Shown: positions 50,501 to 54,284 of the stretch, one piece after another
Layout of the letters: each line of letters begins with the position of its first letter
Position numbering within the stretch: position 1 is the first letter of the stretch
NCBI GenBank assembly: GCA_937925475.1
Contig: CALEWH010000022.1
Coordinates: forward strand, 5,376 to 69,375
From: an uncultured Clostridia bacterium
GTDB taxonomy: Bacteria; Bacillota; Clostridia; Christensenellales; UBA1242
Reading direction: 5' to 3'
Length of the DNA: 64,000 nt
The notes under the pieces: model-generated
Databases searched by the model: none
Told to the model about the DNA's origin: nothing
What the model saw: only the letters and a program-made list of their open reading frames with translations
Program-made: the position numbers and the translations under genes

Positions 50501-51283
50501 GTTTTTGGAAAGAACAATGTTTTGTGTCGAACCATATTCTGTAGTGACATTAACTTCGTGCTCGACATCTATTATTGTGATATTTATCGAATCGACCATG
50601 TCTATGTCTTTGCTTCTTGCTTGCAAAGTAACAATCTTTACTCCATTCGGCTCAGGATAAGTTTTGTTTTTGTATGTATAAAGTACATTGTCCCTTATTT
50701 CAGCATAGTCACGAGTCGAGCCTTCTGGATATACAATGCTGTATTCGATGTTTGTTCGCGATGTTTCGGCAGGGTAAAAGTTGATAAATGTCCTTGGGTC
50801 AACATTAAGGTTTATGTTCTCGCCCATCGCAATAGCCGAAAATGCGTTTTCCTTAAAACGAAAACTTTGAAGTCCTACACAAACCTTGATTTTTACATAC
50901 TTAGTAAACTTTCCGTCTGGGTTTTCCTTTGGTTGGATAGCAAGTACTGTTTCGCCTTCGCTTTTTGCGGTTATGGTGATTTTCGAAGTACTGCCAGACT
51001 TGGACGAAACAGCCACATCTACAAATTGGTTAAACTCAGGAACAACAACATCGGTCGACACGCCTTTGCCCACTCCACTCACTGTGGCATTGATGACAAA
51101 CGAATCTTTTTTGTCATACTCTGTCGCACCTTCGCTCTTATTTAGATACAACTCAATGGTTTGAGTAAGGTCGCGTTCGGACGACAAAGAAAATCCCATT
51201 TTCTTGTATGGATTTCCGCACGCACTAAAACCTAACATTGAGAAAAATATTATTGCAAATATAAGACCAATTCGTTTTTTCAT
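32534..51283 (-). CDS. Giant surface lipoprotein (6,249 aa), paralogue of the 7,176-aa protein: Ig-like domains plus five 'head + GLUG/beta-helix' cassettes
   Basis: An 18,750-nt frame stays open. The N-terminus carries a signal peptide with a lipobox (MKKRIGLIFAIIFFSMLGFSA|C). It shares PYKKM.[LF]SL and ATVSGVGK.VS.DV with the neighbouring giant. It has its own promoter, SD (GGGGA) and terminator. GLUG-like repeats are numerous (e.g. YIGGLFAK, NVAGVVGES, KVGGLIGRTE, YAGGVAGYAYS). Example heads: GDGTKENPFQIRSISDL...FAGDFDGNGKYIAGL and EKWAPRDIYVSSFNANGFTITI. Confidence 0.9.
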   Translation of the reverse strand: MKKRIGLIFAIIFFSMLGFSACGNPYKKMGFSLSSERDLTQTIELYLNKSEGATEYDKKDSFVINATVSGVGKGVSTDVVVPEFNQFVDVAVSSKSGSTSKITITAKSEGETVLAIQPKENPDGKFTKYVKIKVCVGLQSFRFKENAFSAIAMGENINLNVDPRTFINFYPAETSRTNIEYSIVYPEGSTRDYAEIRDNVLYTYKNKTYPEPNGVKIVTLQARSKDIDMVDSINITIIDVEHEVNVTTEYGSTQNIVLSKNNSNKYEVLLANPEINVSGGTINLDDVKRVVRIGLGDENAQTNKYRISIEGDYSFTADKPIAIEKYDDQEYQNVFSYRITAKKRTRGTDVTFKIEYIGDANDNPENDLHKFDGLFTKYVTFTFYVYDLPKAENLLINDKADDNQIYTVYDTYFKSITGGINENGTPIKVQENKSTLPNLRYTISYDYEKSGLKEGLGVKGLQIMVDGKLVSSSNILANASTMYLKHAYSADDIAGIDPSNMPYITVSLTYSLAPSNATEDQQSAYGEVTISKKIYLQFKAGIKEINLPTDEIGLEITKDEYIELYSFPEEYKASETVEKVVGRNLDLIDIKYVANKIYIKSNTSFRTGEVTLSIIANNGKQSNYAKIVVYLPVLYEGDDTLYVDVDKTSDAVFVVGKMTGEGEEYEATTKTINCNINDNEFTYTTITDLILQSNSKVRLDVYSILEDNGQLKYVLPNVDINAVINPSQSLLWNVELVDNKLQGVLYTYSAPADKKPITLTFTLSGYKTDENSGEPQQVTYTHTINVWVFDAIKSIEFRSQLNETYLSNSLGYEDKEAGKNKYLYEWIKNPMNAVEGNFEFDDIELKNANQVSHSVNLNAFRNVENGLGSDLSKAKVLDWNNKERLRKDGSDYYIDIYMSDILSKIVGEKENGFSAEIFVKFTITKIVGDKEVEEEMTLLQLFEAMYDSNVSEYTRKTESIRLAFGASENNNYRDFVLEGSATQFGRGKYVSTNIRVINPVMVKSIDTSVGVNGLYFEKETGANLSSQTFTYSVLPTNAYNKGVIFKVYTAIKKGSGYVKGDEQNLYIVSSQNYTLSSQNTITIDNITYYFNTVDKKLYKSLEDGVYSDEVDYEYNIIDANTIAVSQISWTYTGNNKGITNVAKIEIVENQVKVEILQNVVGDYIIEIIAKDSIISATKYSVTKDVVISIGDGTKENPFQIRSISDLIKMWNRNIGGENEYCYRLQNNINVTNNNFADYLLNNANVFAGDFDGNGKYIAGLTANYAITKTGDYIGGLFAKVEHKEDSEYSIHDLTLKNINYNIKIATKEQYSLSLGGLAGIANNVKLDNLFVSGNINVSYDAKITEEKSANQIVVGGIVAKANKVSLSAKDSINMFADDVASNIATTFDGLTADKTQGKHIIGGVFGTAENSTVTGIKVSGKIQAISGGDDANISNATLGGVAGETTGTFTAKDVRVTPSISGYKNVAGVVGESQKVTFEHVVVEFLYNDNYKNSIMGYDNVAGFVANAQDKVEFVNSYIRAFGGTQVDATYDSNKYCGNIIVRQASSINTSIVGGLVASTNADIAIKSSYVMADIKSYATTTKEYIGGFVGNSNNNILIDNAYFIGNIYSRDDVPKVILGNDIVPTQSSGSVDAVSVEFKEDENTLTEDKNVGEYIRYVATKTESVSYTNYAFDFGTNVSINQFYAVSNSTFSTWENTSNVLNIRTPKSMVVSKIDVTFAVFTEEDKLFVYTVHKNVFDYGTGKHTRYNLFKNGTIPAGANNYIPDDKVDMFKDLGFDGNVQTDLGGNDRFFLNAYAINVPENISTIKAENLLYSAISKLDNSIQSGQTAEDYSKILLEKCDKDETEVGAIDITDAKDISMENLFATKFEVNNIRPVVYIKEGEQEIAILENVTISDYVTDESKVTFTLKWNINDTNTVTLYYNGNTFFVDSAYENEFSGYFAIINENYIPLYYTENSTTTTTYDKLTGTDGNTYYLCIDSTNEDKYGSIFDSIEFTNEVGSNKIEFAIEGNVCDLVIGENTYFTNVTITLSENNTVMFNGVESKTIKENGSEYVTVVLTKKQLAMLYNFAYTNGQVGSTANNYVMDNEGNIIAKVNEDGKYVLDNKNALWFVDENVNNGLPVLIRRLAEGETAQSLDVLYDSVSKLNVKVTDFNYNGSSDLNELKQGYVKLSDSEVVLFYNKPNGKYDGQNTYVIAGSDAEKAELDAKYIGGQAPIVLSFADVFESDIFKLNDLHEYIIKSNNANILSVEKFDGHTSLVVNGTGLVKLTFTNKYDGNNTFEITIYIVNGLSGVESINSMTTYVNKAKTYSYGFNNTLVEGTQSFVFDANVGGYKLSLVESSNNTAEVSYNGTLLNEDSIGEEYDFDMSNPIVLMGQKAGKLQIKLVPYIKYSAGIFMLDYMSEIIDIEVFDLAKSISVGTNNASTIKPEGNTSVSVEIVSSNKDEEMDIVILDRNGNVVSANNTSSQNLFDMINVFVVKDSEAVAIQGTKNLYRIKYTLYLEMNIEKYYDEYKNNGYTNPLEEALKYNFTFIPKSWSNNGVVMEEYADQVAKFALTIEANTVSNVVTSFFNLKAKENDRNVYTIDTNAEYVSKMEPGKTGLIRLKVMKDYNNLSYIAIKSNNDKITLRQANINGISNPLEFVNVTSANTRIENGIKLWSLIYSGDTSHDYANFYYVFIDFDSSITEGSMVDLQIIAYGKNDSVLLSTNMSIEVDVMPHIYFTNLSGQNEDYDPVGEYKRVLISTANVEDTLTWDVDTVGKLYDFAGKQATLTNTNTPYLCYKISDRYTRIDYTFNASYLSQELYIFVPKDAPLTTYKFVVSGYRIVNTSRVTTTGTFTLETRLFDIENVYVNGTSPNLISIKFSNYTSLSASVELNTQAQSIYNGVLEKLREKNISIDELIYSDIAKEVDKLSEIDATDFDKALFKSVIKLVKYNNGQSSAEDIKGTGANQNNTYHNGWYTLDGDKKSKNETSTLLNKDAFYPTVDGINLANYQFFLSSTGKMPYYGINALKISNNNMQFKFDYNVVNGVPVIDNSNDPKHYKIANFTLQITDNSSVDHPNPIRNVSDFVNMCSFMTEDSVNEQISNNPDIDPTELNFGNYILLCDLVLEKWAPRDIYVSSFNANGFTITINSWDFSGAENNAIEAGLFRKIGQYTVIQNLNVDISKLVSDDASSANAKTKFTIDGTIAGEDIREVTFGVVAAQNEGVISNVRVVNFTAPDKSTNNNYLNIYSKQGYSNGEMCSATIAGFVAQNSGAISDSFVGLNAVDYKKDGYSYIKKTKTESNENKSENTKVYPFTLVGGNKISGFVASNTGIISNSYVMGVSVENTTNIQSGSTTAGFVGQNSNNATIYSCFVSGSEYSAYGDDIVNLRATKTHISSKGNVGGFVYDNQGTIENAYSMVDIIVQTVYSAGFAFENKSTGVIKNAYTTSVTSNINSRAHGRFVKNYEAGSTLQNAYYLIVEEEMGITSTNATQDVLKSIDPAKAIISEASPSDIKVGISFANSGSFEGFTFASSSSAFDGIWILNNNRYPTLLNTVNCNIESVRTLTNKSTESASEGDKLKYDYRYTGPNIGTKQNPIIISQPSHFAKYIVENSNRFGNSQNDYFYLFGGRDDTSPQTYNPRYIKLVNNISLAKISLNNTYKCNNEDDQIPLSKVVFAGYIIGNGMTISDITLNNTNTSGNNLEDFGLFKQIGMTNAQEGIFKGKTNIEIISPTIYNVNFNYNELSDSRANKVGLLAGSVYKGILMGITIEGKKSATTSAINTISGYNLVGGLAGLISGNGVIMNDITIKNVRVTSTNNKLSDFSDSYEDTGAYYEEFGDIMGNKRAYNLISFDENGNIKNLNQISYAGGVAGVILANNIQVGSDTTSAVTNVNNMSTYKLTEYRNNAVSVHDIIVRDNVEISGDMAGGLFGYIGNNTHLRNSYFMLMQGSNNVDTYQRIYGRAFGGAIAGQVENAILERVNVRHLDSDYQDQIDLDIAQITSDKVSKNDLFLNTDSGVTVSVAIGGIAGRGKNVIILDSFAKVNVYNLGARIAGGLMGYAEGKIGVAYSFATGNVRAKEIVGGLVGFYRYNSFDMYLNNAIAENVWGSEVVDTLRSNLTAIYGVNVTDYDVRMPELGNQMTEYSLDNIPTITKRTNSISNQNSRFVYMGSVLGKAVLNAGTYVDSATEKTLFTVTGNTISTGANSASLKNMFVHSSVGSNIAVIENNMASVRLFTSTYNKDTEKYVVSTNNTSVSPVCYNISTDVNADSKKTYYFTYYGEQFYNVYSSVYGTTTRTGEMSEGNMVSSFSGLTPNNAEVTNTVKELDGKYYSEYQEADNTADPPEIEKKVLNNNVVRYSTLFGTQYPISKMTGYYYVSVQNGVEYEEYINIFGSAVGFGYDISKENLLGCIGKVNTNGSDLITEVNSAQANTPSQSWYFNEETGLLEYESGKAGQVTVITTHNQLIEVLNSNTKGKSYTLSLKESGNAIQGGENNYTFPERFRGVLSGDTSLDEARTVYISSFTNQLFESLEGATISNVIFEFDMSTLSGNKASVSTTDTFGFFASYIERTTFENCKFVFKNVNFYMWTYLIKNNGSLYDNTAYMGFLFGKMTNSTLENCEIKIEFEGSGNTIKINNTATSIGFVAGQMTGGNISGLNITSNAEEFTLEITTGNFGKDKSNQYKFDESLGKITNIGTIVGEVSDAGIESVSSVVKLTAIGTLAGGSNVGGMVGKMTNSSITASNYNHLFDVNINVGNDNSATTQSATAVSIGGIVGYLYQGNGVQNSQFCGSMNNDGNYEDLSSNKSFNVIITNTSGSQKTYNIGGLMGYVKSYYTNGTYLINRVGINVTINKDVNGDKDDNVIVGGIIGAQGSTTKNNENLINTADVKVVVAKSSANKLQDTVKVGGLIGRTETGLNNSYMQGDVIVDGGKTVYEGALIGVETGEVTLKDNISYGDVKFTHNSGKYYLGGMIGGYIGSIEENSEMFTFENCRVLASVYEVEKSTYKMVEDDVNANNANKYDSNSYKAMYVNPFINVISENGANKNLNSISLSGSTLYIIEDYFDFYYEKQDASGKYFYDIYEGLKDAFIGLQNGEKINTETDYLIANSYYFTKIYGEGTKYNARELTKVTKDPDAEILTISGYNIITENAKIESAITICRNAVLAGKSTAGITLSHSGQRYDIVNKGVIGNIVFDYNLLGFENVISTNYGVLNNVVVKGTNNISSGNIGGLVGTNNGYVYRSGAVIVYTNLHNTSNVVTLGGLVHENNNVISTSYCSSMITGLRFDDTGKAYYNNIDNKLKINSGGIAYSNAGKIDFCAFEGTLYSKSISNRNVAFEGNGQITNTYSDPLSMYFEDNKTQNSSFETANIKKEVNANGEETAYYVFVINTGKNYNFHRYYINGGIVVSTMISRSEDGTITYFADESNIYPVFNIRDFNEIANDGSVSDRNNYVLLNDLYMGYKADMYTSANLSGTFYGNDYAIIGGKDSNSNILFSLNPNIYALTIRSFKTTKNSILLGNITSTPNTNRVLSGISFENCEIENNDASANVGLFAGRLTNYTIEYYTISSSSLVVTGTNIGLIAGVMDNCKVMGGASIIDNSSITAKISNGNMGLVGLAENSSFQSVISGYSVTTSGKTTYESGIIYEIKGESGGGTKYVGGIIGKSINSSIESCINVTDISILINTDKTDKTEDEIKNYISLGGIVGVIDDTKNPYTLKFCQNLGELVSEGITGGIVGTLKKGNIGFTDNSTFTYNGKSITGETAGGVVGIVSGDAVIKYCEVNIENGQKISGTKYAGGIIGHISGGKVEIYNCSLAGDVVECEGSSNFKSSAGGLIGSLGYVEYGKDLGIELYIENVTNNIKNVKSSYYAGGVAGYAYSSNHIAFNNVVINSEVAYKYHLNSDITDPKGNTIEAGVYTSDEWTNKIKYKYSWVVDGLRFGSLKLNDVQTNFFGYNKNFDSPIGYSVGYLNEDIKNWKGMWYGPYSTDYDGYSKTDESFNNRTQTTVKKSLMELWKSGNPFQVHKGWAHDDSLFYSNLKSYDLNNDIWWRTADMLKLQNFKSLSGFVFGGLYNSTDKMVGKTIDQIYGLSSNYKNQKYLINRYAQRFYSSIEYGSWENSGIMVIEYNIYANSYDLVGQQFGEIDGEDFIKHYWKDSEIHNIKNHLDIYVSTNLNYSKDCFFWSEKNENYNSNAFDLGDVYEINKGIFSGDIYSFVLYRDSSCGIIKNFYQALNTKDQANNSFRSTFSTILSWYTTKSTNERNLYK
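51218..51283 (-). other. Lipoprotein signal peptide of the 6,249-aa protein
   Basis: MKKR N-terminus, hydrophobic core and lipobox GFSA-C. The Cys22 codon is TGC at 51220-51218. Confidence 0.75.
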
Positions 51284-51383
51284 TTTGTTTCCCCATTTTT
51301 CTTTATCTTAGTTTTGCTAAAATTGAGTTTAATATAAGCAAAATTGCAAACTTTAAGATACATTAATATATTTTAATATATTA

Positions 51384-51412
51384 AGTATATTAATTTAAGA
51401 AAGTCTAGTCAA
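51384..51412 (-). promoter_or_regulatory. sigma-A-type promoter of the 6,249-codon gene
   Basis: Minus strand: TTGACT (51412-51407), 17-nt spacer, TATACT (51389-51384). The -35 is embedded in TGTATTTGTTTGAC. Confidence 0.6.
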
Positions 51413-51500
51413 ACAAATACATAGTTTTCGACAATATTTTTCAAAATATTTGGTCAGCAAAACTTTGCCCCAAAAGCACGAAAACAAGCGTAATTTGTTA

Positions 51501-51530
51501 TTGCAAACTTTATTTGCAGTGTGATATAAT
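51501..51530 (+). promoter_or_regulatory. sigma-A-type promoter of the TtcA-family gene
   Basis: TTGCAA (51501-51506), 18-nt spacer, TGa-TATAAT extended -10 (51525-51530). It is followed by AGGAG (51537-51541) and ATG at 51549. Confidence 0.65.
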
Positions 51531-51548
51531 GTGCGCAGGAGAAAATTT

Positions 51549-52340
51549 ATGCAACGCATTTTATCTACACTTCGTCGTGCAATCGACAAATACAACTTAA
51601 TACAAGATGGAGACCGTATCGCTGTTGGGGTTTCGGGCGGAAAAGACAGTCTAGTACTCCTAAACGCTTTGCATATGTACTCGCGTTTTGCACCATACAA
51701 ATTTAGTGTGGTCGGTATCACAATCGATATGTTCAACAAAAATAACTTTAAAAAAGTTGAGGATTTTTGCAAAGAAAAAGGCATCGAATATCATGTAGTT
51801 CCTAGCGACATTTATGACGTCGTTTTTCGTAGCAGAAACGAGAAAAACCCTTGCAGTCTATGTAGCAAACTAAGACGCGGAATGTTAAACACAAAAGCAC
51901 TCGAACTTGGTTGCAACAAACTAGCACTTGGACACTCGGCAGACGATCTAGTACACACATTTTTGTTGTCACTTTGCTATGAAGGTCGTCTTAGCACTTT
52001 TGCCCCACTTACATATCTTGACCGCACTGGCATGACAGTGATCCGACCACTTATTTTGACATATGAAAAGGACATCATTTCTGCAAGCAAAACCCTTCCA
52101 GTAATTAAGAGCGACTGTCCTATGGACAAACACACTCAAAGAGAGTATGTCAAAACAATAATTAGCGATATTGAAGAGCAAATCCCATTTGCATTTGATC
52201 GAATGTTTGGCGCAATCACCCACCCTGAAAGATACAATTTATTTGACAAATTTGAAGGTCAAATCCAAGATTATTATCAAAACATTGTATCAAAACAAAC
52301 TCCACAAAAAGAAGAAAATATCGACAAAAACGACAAATAG
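51549..52340 (+). CDS. TtcA-family PP-loop ATPase (tRNA thiolation-type)
   Basis: The ORF-track start (GTG at 51531) sits immediately after the -10 box, so I use ATG 51549 (MQRILSTLRR...) with AGGAG upstream. The protein has the PP-loop SGGKDS, CSLCSKLRRG and LALGHSADD motifs. Confidence 0.8.
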   Translation: MQRILSTLRRAIDKYNLIQDGDRIAVGVSGGKDSLVLLNALHMYSRFAPYKFSVVGITIDMFNKNNFKKVEDFCKEKGIEYHVVPSDIYDVVFRSRNEKNPCSLCSKLRRGMLNTKALELGCNKLALGHSADDLVHTFLLSLCYEGRLSTFAPLTYLDRTGMTVIRPLILTYEKDIISASKTLPVIKSDCPMDKHTQREYVKTIISDIEEQIPFAFDRMFGAITHPERYNLFDKFEGQIQDYYQNIVSKQTPQKEENIDKNDK

Positions 52341-52398
52341 ATCACACAAAAAATGGCTAGACAAAGCCAAATGTTAAAATTCACCAAAATCAAAACAA

Positions 52399-52428
52399 AA
52401 AAGAGCATCATTGCTCTTTTATTTTTTG
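52399..52428. terminator. Bidirectional rho-independent terminator shared by the TtcA-family gene and spoIIID
   Basis: Stem AAGAGCA/TGCTCTT (about 52401-52418) is flanked by an A-run on the left and a T-run on the right. It abuts the spoIIID stop (TAA at 52421-52419). Confidence 0.75.
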
Positions 52429-52664
52429 TGTCTAAGTTTTTGATACATCCTTTTTGTAGACTCACCACCCCGAATGTGACGCAAACGAAAATTGTTTGAT
52501 AGCACTTTTTGAACATCGTGATATAGTACTCGATTTACAAGCGGAAGTTTTTTCTGCAAATCATTGTGCACCGTGCTTTTGCTCACATTGTATGCCTGAG
52601 CGGTTTTTCTTATAGTAGTATTGTTTTCCACTAGATAGTATCCTAGCGCTTCACATCTCAACAT
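52419..52664 (-). CDS. spoIIID: Sporulation transcriptional regulator SpoIIID
   Basis: 81 aa with an HTH (IRKTAQAYNVSKSTVHNDL) and the C-terminal basic block HIRGGESTK, as in B. subtilis SpoIIID (VSKSTVHKDL...RHLRGGEATK). AAGGTGGTG precedes the ATG. Confidence 0.9.
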   Translation of the reverse strand: MLRCEALGYYLVENNTTIRKTAQAYNVSKSTVHNDLQKKLPLVNRVLYHDVQKVLSNNFRLRHIRGGESTKRMYQKLRHKK

Positions 52665-52684
52665 TTTGCCACCACCTTTTTAAG

Positions 52685-52714
52685 TATATATGGCAAAAAT
52701 TGTCGAAATATGAC
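52685..52714 (-). promoter_or_regulatory. sigma-E-like (mother-cell) promoter candidate upstream of spoIIID
   Basis: Minus strand: GTCATATT (52714-52707), 14-nt spacer, CATATATA (52692-52685). For comparison, the B. subtilis sigma-E consensus is approximately kmATATT-14nt-CATACA-T. Confidence 0.45.
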
Positions 52715-52738
52715 AAAAAAAACACCCTTTCGGGTGTC
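52714..52738 (-). terminator. Rho-independent terminator after acpP
   Basis: Stem ACACCC/GGGTGT (52722-52727 / 52732-52737) with loop TTTC and a U8 run on the minus strand. Confidence 0.85.
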
Positions 52739-52752
52739 ATATTATCATTAAT

Positions 52753-52983
52753 TTATTTTTTAGTTTTCTTTTCGATCAAAACCACAATATCGTTTACAGT
52801 CTTTAAAGTAACTGCCTCTTCATCAGTAACTGTGATTCCAAACTCGTCTTCTAGTGTCATAAGAAGTTCGACAACATCAAGTGAATCAGCACCCAAATCT
52901 TCTAGAATTTTGCTGTTTGGAGCGATTTTGTCGCCTTTAATATTTAATTGTTTGGCAAGCAATCCTTTTACCTTTTCAAACAT
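52753..52983 (-). CDS. acpP: Acyl carrier protein
   Basis: ORF-track frame 52753..53097 trimmed to ATG 52983 (MFEKVKGLLAKQL..., 76 aa), which has GGAGG upstream. The phosphopantetheine-attachment motif LGADSLD is present. Confidence 0.9.
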   Translation of the reverse strand: MFEKVKGLLAKQLNIKGDKIAPNSKILEDLGADSLDVVELLMTLEDEFGITVTDEEAVTLKTVNDIVVLIEKKTKK

Positions 52984-53014
52984 ATCTGCCTCCACAAAAT
53001 TATTTTCTGTTTTT

Positions 53015-53043
53015 ATTATAAACAAGAATCCAACTTGTGTAAA
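53015..53043 (-). promoter_or_regulatory. sigma-A-type promoter of acpP
   Basis: Minus strand: TTTACA (53043-53038), 17-nt spacer, TATAAT (53020-53015). Confidence 0.6.
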
Positions 53044-53081
53044 GCAAATTGGTGTATTTTGCAAATTTTCATATGTTTTAC

Positions 53082-53110
53082 AAAAAAATGACCACATAAG
53101 TAGTCATTTT
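53082..53110 (-). terminator. Rho-independent terminator after the M23 gene
   Basis: Stem AAATGAC/GTCATTT (53086-53092 / 53103-53109) with a 10-nt loop and a U-run on the minus strand. Confidence 0.6.
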
Positions 53111-53113
53111 TAA

Positions 53114-53698
53114 TTATTTTGCTTGTAAGTTTAGATATGCAGTAGGGTCAATTTTCTTGTCATTTTCTCTAAGTTCGAAATGCAAATGCGCCCCACCATC
53201 AAGTTCGCTTTTAGCAGACTTGCTTATTTTTCCGATAATGTCACCTTTCAATACTTTGTCGCCTACTTTAAAGTTGACAGTTTCGTCCAATGACCCATAA
53301 ATGCTTTTCAAATTGTTTTCGTGAGTGATCTCAACTACTGTTCCGTCAAGATAATTTGAATACACCTTAGTTATGGTTCCGTCCAAGACCGACAAAACAT
53401 TGCTATCTTCACTTGCAACAAAGTCAATAGCCTTGTGCGCTTCATATTGTTTTAAAGTAGCATTCCATTGAAGACGAGTTCCGCTATAACCTTTATAAAT
53501 AGTGGCATCTAATACTGGAAGACCAAAACTAAGTGGCTTAGTATCGACTTGCTCCTTGTTGTTATCCTTATTTATTTTGTTGTCCTTAGATACAGAAGCA
53601 AAAGTAACCACAAGTAACAATGTTAAAAATCCAACAACCAACAATACTAAGTATCCATAATTTTTTATCCAACTTACAAACCTTTCTTTTTTTGACAT
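53114..53698 (-). CDS. Membrane-anchored M23/LytM peptidase-domain protein (SpoIIQ-like)
   Basis: Trimmed to ATG 53698 (MSKKERF...), which has AGGAGG upstream. It has an N-terminal TM segment (YLVLLVVGFLTLLLVVTFA) and intact M23 motifs HKAID (HxxxD) and GAHLHFE (HxH). It lies close to spoIIID. Confidence 0.8.
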   Translation of the reverse strand: MSKKERFVSWIKNYGYLVLLVVGFLTLLLVVTFASVSKDNKINKDNNKEQVDTKPLSFGLPVLDATIYKGYSGTRLQWNATLKQYEAHKAIDFVASEDSNVLSVLDGTITKVYSNYLDGTVVEITHENNLKSIYGSLDETVNFKVGDKVLKGDIIGKISKSAKSELDGGAHLHFELRENDKKIDPTAYLNLQAK

Positions 53699-53773
53699 AC
53701 ATTTTCCTCCTTGATATGTAATGATTGTCACCAAAACCCTACTTTATACTTAGTTTTTAAAGATTTTTTATTT

Positions 53774-54148
53774 TTAAAAACCTAAATATAATTGTGGATA
53801 TCCGACAAGCACTTTTTCAGAAAACGCTATTTGCAAATTGTATTTATTGTCATTAAGATATAAGTATTTGTCAAAATACTTACTATATCCATTATAAACA
53901 AGCATATCATCTATATAATACTTATCTACAATTTTTACATCATACTTTTGTAAAAAGTCACTTATTTCATACTCTTCCAATTCGATATAACTGCACTTAC
54001 AAGTGTCATCACTTATTTCACTAGTGTACAATCCATACTCATTGTCATACACATATTTTACAGTTTTATCACCATAAGAAAAATCTCTCACATAAAACAA
54101 TGTGAGAATCAAAAATCCTACAAATATAATGCCGACTAATTTTTTCAT
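53774..54148 (-). CDS. Small membrane-anchored hypothetical protein, 124 aa
   Basis: ORF with an N-terminal TM/signal-like segment (MKKLVGIIFVGFLILTLFYV) and a Tyr/Asp/Lys-rich body. There is no SD. TATAAT lies 5 nt upstream of the ATG. Confidence 0.55.
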   Translation of the reverse strand: MKKLVGIIFVGFLILTLFYVRDFSYGDKTVKYVYDNEYGLYTSEISDDTCKCSYIELEEYEISDFLQKYDVKIVDKYYIDDMLVYNGYSKYFDKYLYLNDNKYNLQIAFSEKVLVGYPQLYLGF

Positions 54149-54248
54149 ATCTAATTATAGACACAATTTGTGTTTTGTATACATAAATCAAAAAACACAC
54201 TTTTTGTCAATAAGTATATAGTATGTGGCAATTAATTATTGTTTATTT

Positions 54249-54284
54249 GCAAAAAAAATAAAGATGAAATTAATTTCACCTTTA
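54249..54284 (-). terminator. Rho-independent terminator after the UPF0104-like gene
   Basis: Minus-strand hairpin AAAGGUGAAAU...AUUUCAUCUUU (one G:U) followed by U8. It overlaps the stop codon at 54284-54282. Confidence 0.6.

Noticed and set aside
11887-51164. Plus-strand ORFs inside the two giant genes (e.g. 23883..24506, 46815..47387, 50522..51145, ~200 aa each) and small same-strand out-of-frame ORFs
   Set aside because: They are antisense or out-of-frame shadows of 18-21-kb open frames. They show no start signals, and their composition mirrors the complement of the GLUG/Asn/Thr-rich coding strand.
10494-51283. Giant-gene region as a mobile element or genomic island
   Set aside because: I saw no integrase, transposase, flanking direct or inverted repeats, or tRNA target. 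Composition looks similar to the flanking core genes. Insertion remains possible but is unsupported.
51395-51784. 129-aa minus-strand ORF overlapping the TtcA-family gene
   Set aside because: It is antisense to a well-supported PP-loop gene and spans both divergent promoters. It shows no start signals.
52700-53113. 137-aa plus-strand ORF opposite acpP, and small ORFs at 52171..52377 and 52277..52516
   Set aside because: They are antisense to acpP, or they span the bidirectional terminator. Better-supported features explain the DNA.
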